This document shows positions 56,481-64,000 of a DNA stretch of 64,000 nucleotides, piece after piece (the first letter of the stretch is position 1; every line of letters starts with the position of its first letter). Under the pieces are notes generated by a model. It was given only the letters and a program-made list of their open reading frames with translations, did no database searches and was not told where the DNA came from. The position numbers and the translations under genes were made by a program. Origin of the DNA: Candidatus Aminicenantes bacterium UBA1061 (GTDB lineage Bacteria > Acidobacteriota > Aminicenantia > Aminicenantales > Saccharicenantaceae); the NCBI GenBank assembly GCA_002316315.1, contig DCDG01000022.1, forward strand, positions 51-64,050. Reading direction: 5' to 3'.

Positions 56481-57311
56481 TCAGCTCAGCAAATTCAAAG
56501 ACTCAGTGATATAGGTTCTCAGAGCCAGGATCTTTTTAGCTGCTCTCGAAAACATCTCGGGCGTCAGGGTCTGCTCCTTGTCGCTTAAAGCCTCAGCCGG
56601 GTTATAATGAACTTCAATCATCAGCCCATCAGCGCCGGCGGCCACGGCCGCTAAACTCATCGGTTCGACCAGGCTTTGTCTCCCTGTGGCGTGCGAAGGG
56701 TCAACAATCACGGGCAGGTGACTTACCTCTTTAACCGACGGCACAATGCTCAGGTCAAGGGTGTTTCGAGTATAAGTCTCAAAAGTTCTTATTCCCCGCT
56801 CGCAAAGAATGACATTAGGATTGCCTTCAGCCAGAATATATTCAGCACAATCCAGCCATTCTGCCATGGTCGAGTTCATTCCTCTCTTGAGCAGGACAGG
56901 TTTTCCTATTTTCCCCACTTCTTTAAGCAGAGAAAAATTCTGCATGTTTCGCGCTCCAATCTGAAGGACATCAGCAAATTCACTGACCCAGCCGGCATCG
57001 CGTGTATCAATAACTTCTGTCACTACTGGTAGGCCTGTTTCTTCTCTAGCTTTAGCCAGAATCTTAAGTCCCTTAATTCCCAGCCCCTGGAAAGAGTAAG
57101 GAGAAGATCGAGGCTTGAAAGCGCCACCTCTTAACATATTGGCTCCGGCTTCTTTGACCGCCATGGCGGTTAGAATGGTCTGTTTCTCACTCTCGACACT
57201 GCAGGGACCGGCGATCAGGGCAAAATCCTTTCCGACCTCAATGCCGGAAACATTAACCGTTGTTCGTTTCTGGCCGCTGCTTTCCAGTGAATATAATTTA
57301 GCTCTGGTCAT
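56481..57311 (-). CDS. aroF: 3-deoxy-7-phosphoheptulonate (DAHP) synthase, type I-beta (KDO8PS-like), no regulatory extension
   Basis: [42 protein letters not shown]. Confidence 0.9.
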   Translation of the reverse strand: MTRAKLYSLESSGQKRTTVNVSGIEVGKDFALIAGPCSVESEKQTILTAMAVKEAGANMLRGGAFKPRSSPYSFQGLGIKGLKILAKAREETGLPVVTEVIDTRDAGWVSEFADVLQIGARNMQNFSLLKEVGKIGKPVLLKRGMNSTMAEWLDCAEYILAEGNPNVILCERGIRTFETYTRNTLDLSIVPSVKEVSHLPVIVDPSHATGRQSLVEPMSLAAVAAGADGLMIEVHYNPAEALSDKEQTLTPEMFSRAAKKILALRTYITESLNLLS

Positions 57312-57615
57312 TTTTTCTCTCCCTGATACAAGCTAATTTAAGAACACCAGGTGGTTATAAACGAGTTTGATGATAATTTGCATGACATACTCCCTCCCTT
57401 GGCAGCCTGACTAAAAAAGCCGACAAAACATAGACCTTTACTGGGAAATAGAGAAAAATGGGGAGATTATAGACTTATAGGGCGGCTGGGACCGCCCAGA
57501 AATAAAAACAGAAAGAAGACAGAGCTACAGGTCGAAAACTGAGCTGTCTTTTTTCCTGGTTCATGCTGGACTTTATAGCAAACCTTCTGGCAGTTGTCAA
57601 GAATATTTTTTAAAA

Positions 57616-57954
57616 TGTTATTTACGCTTGAAAAGTGAACTCTTTACGCTTGAAAAGTGAACTGTTGATGAGGCATTCCATGTATAGGGGGAATACATGG
57701 AACAGATACACAAGCGTCCTCGTTCTATGAGGTCTGCCACCTAAGAGAAAAAAGAACTGTCAATGCTTACCGGCGCATCGAGTTCTATAACCATCAAATC
57801 CATCTCTCCAAAGTCCCCGTCGGCCAGGAAGTAGATATCCATTTAGTCCCTGACCTCAAACTCGGTTCACTCGAACTTCGCCTCTGGTCTAATAACCAGT
57901 TCATTAACTCCATTACCTTCCTTCTATCAGACTTCCCACGAGTTCACTTTTGAA
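57616..57954 (+). mobile_element. Internally deleted IS remnant with terminal inverted repeats and transposase N- and C-terminal fragments
   Basis: The left end tgttatttacgcttgaaaagtgaact carries a 22-bp tandem duplication (57621-57642 and 57643-57664). The right end agttcacttttgaa (57941-57954) is its inverted complement. A 15-codon start fragment (ATG 57697, MEQIHKRPRSMRSAT*) and, in another frame, a 69-codon tail (57744-57953, REKRTVNAYRRIEFYNHQIHLSKVPVGQEVDIHLVPDLKLGSLELRLWSNNQF...RVHF*) resemble the C-terminal beta-barrel of integrase-core (rve-type) transposases. The stop codon lies inside the right IR. Confidence 0.65.
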
Positions 57955-58069
57955 CTTTTGCTAACAGACCCTTCAAAAAAATTAATCCTCTATAATCGCG
58001 TTTCTTATTTTGAATTGATTCTCATATAATAACCGTAACCATAAAAAATAGCAGAGGCCTTAACTTCAG

Positions 58070-59878
58070 ATGAGCTTCATAACTCTCTTTCCGGAAGAAG
58101 AGCCGGAGAAGAAGAAATCATTTAACCTCAAGCCAGAAATGATGAAGGTCTGGCTGGCTGTGAAACAGGCCAGCGGTGGTTTTAGCGGCGCACTTTTTCT
58201 CTCTGGCCTTATACACCTGATTATAGGTGTTGTTCTGTCGGTCACCGCGGTTTCTTATTATTCATACCCGGGGTCTTCAGGCAGCCAGCCTGCAGTCGAC
58301 AGCGATTTTAAACTCTTGGCCCGCGCCGTTGAGGAGCTCAACAAAGAAATAGGACTCGACGAGCAGCTGGCCAGATTGATGGAAGAGCTTGAAGAAAAGA
58401 AACTGCCGGCAGTGGCTCAAAACATTCTGATTATGGATGACCGGATGACGGAGAAGGAAAAAGTTGAAGTCTATAAGAACCTTCTCGAAAACTTTTTCAA
58501 GCAGGGCGGAGGAGTTTCAGTCGCAGAAAAAGCCGGGCAAAAAGAAAGGCAGCCAGGAAGCAAAGAAGAAAGCTTCAAAATCCACTCGGGCGAGAGAGTT
58601 TTCTTAAGTCCTTCAGCTTCAGGCGGCGGAAAATCTGAACTCTATATACTTGGCCAGGAAGAGGCAAGAGAACTGGAGAGGCTGGAAAAGGCCGGAGCGT
58701 TAAAAAATCCGCCCGGTTATGGAGTCGGACACATCATTGATCTCAAGGTTGGAGATCGAATGATGGAGGTGCCAGCCCAGTATTATTTTCGCTCCTGTCC
58801 TTATGAGCAGATTCTGGCTAAAGGGGCCTTGAACTTTTCTATTATTAAGGGCTTCCCGACCTTTATCTTCTCACCGGCTGAAGATGAACAGGCTAAGAGA
58901 GCACGAGAACAAGCTACCACCCAGACCGAGCAATTATTTCCGCAGGGAACCTTCCGCGTCTTCTATTACGGAGAAGCAGAATTTCAGGAGCAAAAAGGAG
59001 AGGAAACGGCTCAGAAGAAAAGGGAGCCGGTCCATTTTGATCTGGCGGCACATAAGTGGTCTGAAATTCTGGATGGCCTGATGGCATATCCGGAAGAAGT
59101 CCAGTTTTCTACTTTTGAAAAAGATTATCTTAACAAATACGATTGGGACAATCCCGACCTGACCGCTTTTACCAGAAATTTTATTAATTCTAACCTGAAT
59201 GGCGTCATCTTTATTGAAGATGAATTTACAGCCGCCTTCGACGCGCTGGAAGAACTTTTTTATAAGAAACCAATTTTCGAAAGAATAGCCGTTCTGATTG
59301 AGACTCACCCGACCTCGCCAGTTAGAGATGAGCTCCTCTTCTGCCTGGCCTCTTCCTTAGATATGGAAAGAAGGATCATCAAAAACCTGGCCCGAGCCTA
59401 TCCTCAAGCAAGAAATATTTATCTTAAAAAGGCTTCGCTTGATTATGTTTTCAACTCGCTGCCCAAAGCTTTTGTTTTAAAGCAGGTTTACGAGGAACTT
59501 AAGGAAAGCCTCAGCCGGAAAGGTTTTTCCTCACTGGATGAAGCACTGGAGAAATACGAGCAGGCTGAGCTCAAAATATATGAGGATTTAGCCGGCCGGG
59601 GCAGGCAGACGAGGGCCAGAGCTTTATACGCCATTGGGCTTGCCCTCTGGGAAAAAGGAGATAAGGACACAGCCCTTGAGACCTGGAAAAAAATAGAACG
59701 GCCCTACGCCAGCCTTTCTATCAAAAACCTGCTCGACGTCATCAACCAGACTCCGCCGGCCAAGCTCGACGAGGAAATTGAGATGGAGATTAATTACCGG
59801 TCTAACAAGAACAGTAAGTATCTCTATCGGCGCCAAGTTCAATTCGATAAGTGGTCCCGCCGGCAGCAGGTCGATTAA
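58070..59878 (+). CDS. Orphan 602-aa membrane-anchored protein (one N-terminal TM, coiled-coil region, TPR-like C-terminus)
   Basis: TM helix GALFLSGLIHLIIGVVLSVTAV. Charged helical stretches. RARALYAIGLALWEKGDKDTALETWKKI looks like a TPR unit. I recognise no catalytic motif. Confidence 0.65.
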   Translation: MSFITLFPEEEPEKKKSFNLKPEMMKVWLAVKQASGGFSGALFLSGLIHLIIGVVLSVTAVSYYSYPGSSGSQPAVDSDFKLLARAVEELNKEIGLDEQLARLMEELEEKKLPAVAQNILIMDDRMTEKEKVEVYKNLLENFFKQGGGVSVAEKAGQKERQPGSKEESFKIHSGERVFLSPSASGGGKSELYILGQEEARELERLEKAGALKNPPGYGVGHIIDLKVGDRMMEVPAQYYFRSCPYEQILAKGALNFSIIKGFPTFIFSPAEDEQAKRAREQATTQTEQLFPQGTFRVFYYGEAEFQEQKGEETAQKKREPVHFDLAAHKWSEILDGLMAYPEEVQFSTFEKDYLNKYDWDNPDLTAFTRNFINSNLNGVIFIEDEFTAAFDALEELFYKKPIFERIAVLIETHPTSPVRDELLFCLASSLDMERRIIKNLARAYPQARNIYLKKASLDYVFNSLPKAFVLKQVYEELKESLSRKGFSSLDEALEKYEQAELKIYEDLAGRGRQTRARALYAIGLALWEKGDKDTALETWKKIERPYASLSIKNLLDVINQTPPAKLDEEIEMEINYRSNKNSKYLYRRQVQFDKWSRRQQVD

Positions 59879-60020
59879 ATAATCATTTGGTTTTTTATCA
59901 AAACAAATCAATTAAATCTGCTGGATGAAAATTTTACCCTTTAAAATATATTCAATCATAGATATGATAATAAGGAAACCCCGTGAGATTAACGGTGGGA
60001 TTTAAACGTTATTATAATTA

Positions 60021-60665
60021 TTGGAGTCTCAGTTGAATAACCACTTAGACGAATTATTTAACGATCTTAATCTGGTAGAAAAAATTAAACGGCGTCTTCC
60101 TTATCTTTTCCAGCTAGCCGATATGGAAAGTTCACGAGCCGGGAAGATCGGCATGGAAGCAGGCTCGGTCCGTGAAAAGGTCATTATAGCACTCCTTATC
60201 TATAAGTTCGGCGAGGAAAACATAGACACCAATCTACCGATAACCAATCCGGAAGCCGATGTGAAACTTTTCAACCAGCCAATTTCCATTAAGACAGTAA
60301 CGGGTAATAGCTTCTCAGGAATAAAATTAATCTGGACAGTTGATCCACAAAAAGCGGCCGAATTTCAGGTTAATTATAAGCCCAGCTGCGATCTGCTGTT
60401 AGTTCAGATTAACTGGGGCAAGGAGGGCGGCTTTTTTTATATTCCATTAAGGAATCAAGAGCTTGTATTTAATCAACTTGGGAAAGAGCGGTATATAAAA
60501 CTACCCAAACCCGGGACAAATCCAAGAGGAGTTGAAATAACAAAAGAGGCTTTGATAACTCTCATAAATTGTGAGCACTCATGTGCTATTCCTATAAAAT
60601 GGGAAAAAACACAGATAGATATAAGTCCATATAAAAGGTGGGTTGACTTATGGAAAGAAGATTGA
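60021..60665 (+). CDS. Putative Type II restriction endonuclease
   Basis: 214 aa, TTG start in the track. Overlaps the downstream methyltransferase by 16 nt. Possible PD-(D/E)xK-like core PEADVKLFNQPISIKT. Assignment rests mainly on context. Confidence 0.5.
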   Translation: MESQLNNHLDELFNDLNLVEKIKRRLPYLFQLADMESSRAGKIGMEAGSVREKVIIALLIYKFGEENIDTNLPITNPEADVKLFNQPISIKTVTGNSFSGIKLIWTVDPQKAAEFQVNYKPSCDLLLVQINWGKEGGFFYIPLRNQELVFNQLGKERYIKLPKPGTNPRGVEITKEALITLINCEHSCAIPIKWEKTQIDISPYKRWVDLWKED

Positions 60666-61594
60666 AATTCTCAATGAGCAAACGGAAATCCGCGGGGACC
60701 ACTACCAGTGCTTTTGGTTCTCCAGGGCGGATTAATCACGACTCAAGCAAATTCTACGGGAGCCGCTTATATGAAGATATGCCCAGGGAAGAGCAGGTGG
60801 AATATATAGAAAACCCTGTCAGCAATGATCGTCTCGACAGAGTCTTTTGCCGCTCAAGCGAAAACATGGAAGAGCTGCCTGAAAACAGCATCCACTTGAT
60901 GGTTACTTCCCCTCCTTATAATGTAGGAAAAGAATATGATCAGGATCTAACGCTTACCGAATACCGGGAATTCTTGAAGCGAGTCTGGCAAGAGGTCTAT
61001 AGAGTCCTGGTTCCTGGAGGCAGAGCCTGTATAAATATTGCTAACCTCGGCCGGAAACCTTATCTGCCGCTGCATATTTTCCTGATAAAGGACATGATAG
61101 ACCTTGGTTTTCTGATGAGAGGCGAAATCATCTGGAATAAGGGTTCAAGCGTCAGTCCCTCGACAGCCTGGGGAACATGGCAGTCGGCTAAAAACCCCAT
61201 TCTGAGAGACATTCATGAGTATATTCTGGTCTTTTCAAAAAAAACTTTTACCAGAAAAGCCCCGAAGAACCGAGAAAACACCATCTCTAAAGAGGAGTTT
61301 TTAGAATTTACCAAAAGTATCTGGACGTTTCCAGCTGAATCGGCTACCAAAGTTGGCCATCCAGCACCTTTTCCGGTCGAGTTGCCATACAGGTTAATCC
61401 AGTTATATACCTTTGAAGACGAAATAGTTCTGGACCCATTCATAGGGAGTGGGCAGACGGCCATTGCCGCTCTGAAATCAGATCGCCATTTTGTGGGTTA
61501 TGACATCAACAAAGATTATGTTCGCTTAGCCGAAAGACGAATAAAAGAATATATGGATGATAAGGCGACACCCAAACTTCTTGATCTGAGCTAA
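60650..61594 (+). CDS. Beta-class amino DNA methyltransferase (N4-cytosine or N6-adenine)
   Basis: Motif IV MVTSPPYNVGKEY precedes motif I LDPFIGSGQTAIAA, a circular permutation typical of beta-class MTases. SPPY is more frequent in N4mC enzymes. An alternative start is MSKRKS (60674). Confidence 0.85.
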   Translation: MERRLKFSMSKRKSAGTTTSAFGSPGRINHDSSKFYGSRLYEDMPREEQVEYIENPVSNDRLDRVFCRSSENMEELPENSIHLMVTSPPYNVGKEYDQDLTLTEYREFLKRVWQEVYRVLVPGGRACINIANLGRKPYLPLHIFLIKDMIDLGFLMRGEIIWNKGSSVSPSTAWGTWQSAKNPILRDIHEYILVFSKKTFTRKAPKNRENTISKEEFLEFTKSIWTFPAESATKVGHPAPFPVELPYRLIQLYTFEDEIVLDPFIGSGQTAIAALKSDRHFVGYDINKDYVRLAERRIKEYMDDKATPKLLDLS

Positions 61595-61851
61595 GAAAAT
61601 TACGCAGAAGGCGCTGCCTTATCACTCTGATTTATAACCTCCCATGCTAAAAATAAGCACTTTCTCTTAGGGGCGGGCCCTTAAAAGAGCCACCAGATAT
61701 TTTGTCTGGCTGAAAATCAAGTCAGCATAAGCATTATCAGTATCTTCAATCCTCCTATCAAAAGATCGCCTAATTATTAAGTCTCCCGCGTCTCAAAATC
61801 GGCCTAACACTAAAGATTGCAAGCCTCAGTGTATATTACGTTATGTTATTT

Positions 61852-62190
61852 TCAACGCAGCCTGTATTTGTAGAGCGTATAAAAACCCTCAGCTCCGATA
61901 GAACTTTCAGACAGACAGTAGAGGATTCTGTTCGCTTGGTCATAATAATAATCTGGCCATTCATAAGGAGATCGGAAATTTTTTTCAAAGACCTTCTTAA
62001 AGGAAATTTCCCCGGTGGTCATACCTGAGGCGAAGAGCGGAGCACATTGATGTATCTTAGACTTAGACAAGTTTGCCCGGAGACGTTGGTTTCCCCTGTT
62101 GTTAAGATTTTTATGTGGACAATCGAATTCGGACAGAAGCCGGAACATAAAATGTTTTCGTCTGGATTTTCTCAGGAGCAAATGAATCAA
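61852..62190 (-). pseudogene. Possible decayed IS200/RAYT-like (Y1, HUH) transposase fragment
   Basis: TTG-initiated 112-codon ORF. LIHLLL, ANLSKSK and SPYEWPDYYY faintly resemble the HxHLL...NLSK...Y.WSSY layout of COG1943 proteins, but spacing is wrong and the N-terminal part is missing. Weak call. Confidence 0.25.
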
Positions 62191-62319
62191 CTGAGCCTGG
62201 ACTTCAGGCTGAACTTCATGTCTATTGCCGATGAGGTAACTGGCGGGCTTGATTTTTCAGGCGGTTAAACGGTAAGGTAAAAGACGGTAATGGCAATATA
62301 AAATAAAAAAGGAATTCAT

Positions 62320-63258
62320 ATGAGGAAAGAAAAAAAATTTCCGCATCTCTACGGCCCGGTGCCTTCCAGACGTCTTGGTTATTCTCTTGGTGTTGACCTC
62401 CTGTCTTTTAAGACCTGCAGCCTGAGCTGTATTTACTGCCAGCTGGGCAACAGCCCTAAGAAGACCATCAGAAGGATAAATCCTTATTCTGAAAAAAAGA
62501 TACTGGAAGAGATAAAGGAATTCCTTAAAACCGGAGCAAGGGTGGACTTCATCACCTTCTCCGGCTCGGGAGAGCCAACCCTTAACAAATCCATCGGCTG
62601 GCTGATAAGAGAAATTAAAAAGCTCACTAATATTCCGGTGGCCGTTCTGACCAACAGCACCCTGCTGTCTCGAGCCAAGGTGAGAAAAGAGCTACTGCCG
62701 GCCGATGTGGTTGTTCCTTCCCTTGATGCCGCGACGCAACGGCTTCTCGAAAAGATTAACCGCCCGTACCCTTCACTCAGGATTGAAAAGATAATAGAAG
62801 GACTGGTCAAATTCAGAAAAGAATTCAAGGGCCAGATCTGGCTGGAGATTATGCTGGTCGAAGGAGTAAACGACTCGCCAGCTGAGATTAAAAAATTAAA
62901 GGAAGCAGCCGACAGAATCAATCCGGATAAAATCCAGCTCAATACAGTGGTGAGGCCTCCCGCCGAAAAGACTGCTAAGCCACTGACACTTGAAGAAATG
63001 AATAAAATCAAAGAATTTTTTGGAAAGAAAGCCGAGGTCGTAGCCAGCTTCAGAAAAAAAGAGCAGGAAAAAGCCCCGCCAGATATTGCCGAAGCCATTC
63101 TGGCCATAGTTCGCCGGCGGCCGGTCAGCCTGGAAGATCTGGAAAACTCCCTCGGCCAGACCAGAGAAGAATTAAGCCTGGAAATTCAAAAACTGCTGCA
63201 GCAGAAAAAAATCAAGCAGGTCAGCCATCTTGATTGCGATTATTTTGAGCCCGTCTGA
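62320..63258 (+). CDS. Radical SAM protein (NifB/MoaA-related, COG0731-like) with C-terminal winged-helix-like tail
   Basis: YGPVPSRRLGYSLGVDLLSFKTCSLSCIYCQLG (CxxxCxxC), then FSGSGEPTL. C-terminal ILAIVRRRPVSLEDLENSLGQTREELSLEIQKL. Confidence 0.75.
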   Translation: MRKEKKFPHLYGPVPSRRLGYSLGVDLLSFKTCSLSCIYCQLGNSPKKTIRRINPYSEKKILEEIKEFLKTGARVDFITFSGSGEPTLNKSIGWLIREIKKLTNIPVAVLTNSTLLSRAKVRKELLPADVVVPSLDAATQRLLEKINRPYPSLRIEKIIEGLVKFRKEFKGQIWLEIMLVEGVNDSPAEIKKLKEAADRINPDKIQLNTVVRPPAEKTAKPLTLEEMNKIKEFFGKKAEVVASFRKKEQEKAPPDIAEAILAIVRRRPVSLEDLENSLGQTREELSLEIQKLLQQKKIKQVSHLDCDYFEPV

Positions 63259-63469
63259 AGCAGTGGCAGACCATATCACCGCTGCTGAGGCTCGGTTGCC
63301 CCTGTCTTTTATTTATAGCCTTAGTGATTACTCTAAAGGCTGCCGCCACAAATCATAGCGAGTAACATGAATAAAGAGCTGTTTTCTCCTTCGATTGATT
63401 TTAAGGAAATTGTTTTTCTTCTTACAGTTTTTCAAGAGCGACAAAAATAAACCGTATTGGTTACCTGAG

Positions 63470-64000
63470 CTAATCGAGGTTCAGTCTGAACTTTTCCAGC
63501 CGGGGGTAATCTTCCTCTGACCGCACCCGAGCATAAAGGTTGTTGAGATCATCGATGTAAATCTGAGCAATTGACTCGCCTTTTTTGACATCAAAAATTT
63601 CATTGGGCATCTTAAACCTGTCAACCAGATTTAAATCAGAGTCATAAACATCAATCAAGAAGATATCTCTTTTAGGATTAACGAAGGGAACCAGAAGGGA
63701 GCCGTCGCTTTTAACACTCAAATCAAAAACACTGGCCTGGTCAGAGGCTTGAATTGAAATTCCCTTCTCATCTACCGAGAAGCTGATCCTGGCAGAGGTG
63801 TCGAAATCAGTCTGGCCAGAAACATCTTTGATTATTTCCCCTTTCGAATTGCACTTTACCGGGTAATAAGGAAACAGTTGAGAAAATGTCGGTTCTTTTT
63901 TGGGAGTTGAAACCAGTCTGGTAAAATTACAATTTCTGGAGATCTGGCGGAAAGGCTCAGGCATGGAAAGGTTGGAGATGTCTCTAACCAGACCAGGCCT
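63470..64000 (-). CDS. Hypothetical protein, C-terminal part (5' end beyond the right window edge); possibly a beta-propeller repeat protein
   Basis: The frame stays open upstream of the track's first Met (63964) to the window edge (RPGLVRDISNLSMPEPF...). Beta-rich repeats (IFLIDVYDSDLNLVDRF) are reminiscent of 6-bladed propeller proteins. Function not supported further. Confidence 0.5.
   Translation of the reverse strand, partial: RPGLVRDISNLSMPEPFRQISRNCNFTRLVSTPKKEPTFSQLFPYYPVKCNSKGEIIKDVSGQTDFDTSARISFSVDEKGISIQASDQASVFDLSVKSDGSLLVPFVNPKRDIFLIDVYDSDLNLVDRFKMPNEIFDVKKGESIAQIYIDDLNNLYARVRSEEDYPRLEKFRLNLD

Noticed and set aside
57517-57557. Plus-strand hairpin agacag...ctgtct followed by TTTTTT, considered as a terminator or sRNA 3' end.
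   Set aside because: Only 6 bp pair, across a roughly 23-nt loop. There is no plus-strand gene upstream to terminate. It probably belongs to the decayed mobile-element flank.
62484-63107. Long antisense ORFs. Examples: 62484-63107 (207 aa, Ser-rich) opposite the radical SAM gene, 9749-10207 opposite ATP-grasp 2, 13281-13646 and 13378-13680 opposite atpB, and 14730-15128 opposite atpA.
   Set aside because: They are low-complexity or motif-free translations lying entirely inside strongly supported genes on the other strand. These are typical shadow ORFs.

Overview
The 64-kb window is gene-dense, with about 62 protein genes, most on the minus strand. I saw no rRNA, tRNA or CRISPR array. It looks like core chromosome of a diderm bacterium (OmpA-less beta-barrel OMP, Tat export) that carries several modules better known from archaea. 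From left to right: glyA-like (edge-truncated, missing from the ORF track), rpiB, S41 protease, tatAC, nucleotide kinase/dCMP deaminase, and a membrane-anchored double-SIS protein. Next is a four-gene operon of two Ddl-like ATP-grasp ligases, a GNAT and a KamA-family aminomutase. Then a nine-gene A/V-type ATPase operon in archaeal order (H-I-K-E-C-F-A-B-D), followed by queCDE and queF separated by an EamA transporter, bioY, and pheA-tyrA. After that come an aspartate kinase / COG1900-ferredoxin / COG2122 / asd cluster (aspartate-semialdehyde route to homocysteine) and a LysW amino-group-carrier operon (lysW-lysX-lysY-HCS-like-lysZ-lysJ plus a class II glutamine-amidotransferase-fold gene). A 12-gene aro-trp supraoperon follows (aroF-B-D-EK-A-C-trpE-GD-C-F-B-A). 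The only clearly accessory stretch is about 57.3-62.3 kb: IS remnants, a 602-aa orphan membrane protein, a Type II R-M pair and a decayed transposase-like ORF. The observations I consider most worth follow-up are three. (1) The LysW operon lacks LysK and ends in an EgtC/YafJ-type Ntn amidohydrolase, and its 59-aa carrier (not in the ORF track) ends in Gln (EEDWGQ) rather than the Glu I remember as conserved. (2) The KamA/GNAT/2x ATP-grasp operon sits directly next to a V-ATPase with a Na+-binding signature. (3) A family of dispersed repeats and internally deleted IS copies. All functional calls rest on motifs read by eye and remembered family signatures. Nothing was searched against a database. 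Start codons are judgement calls wherever the ORF track gives only the longest ORF.
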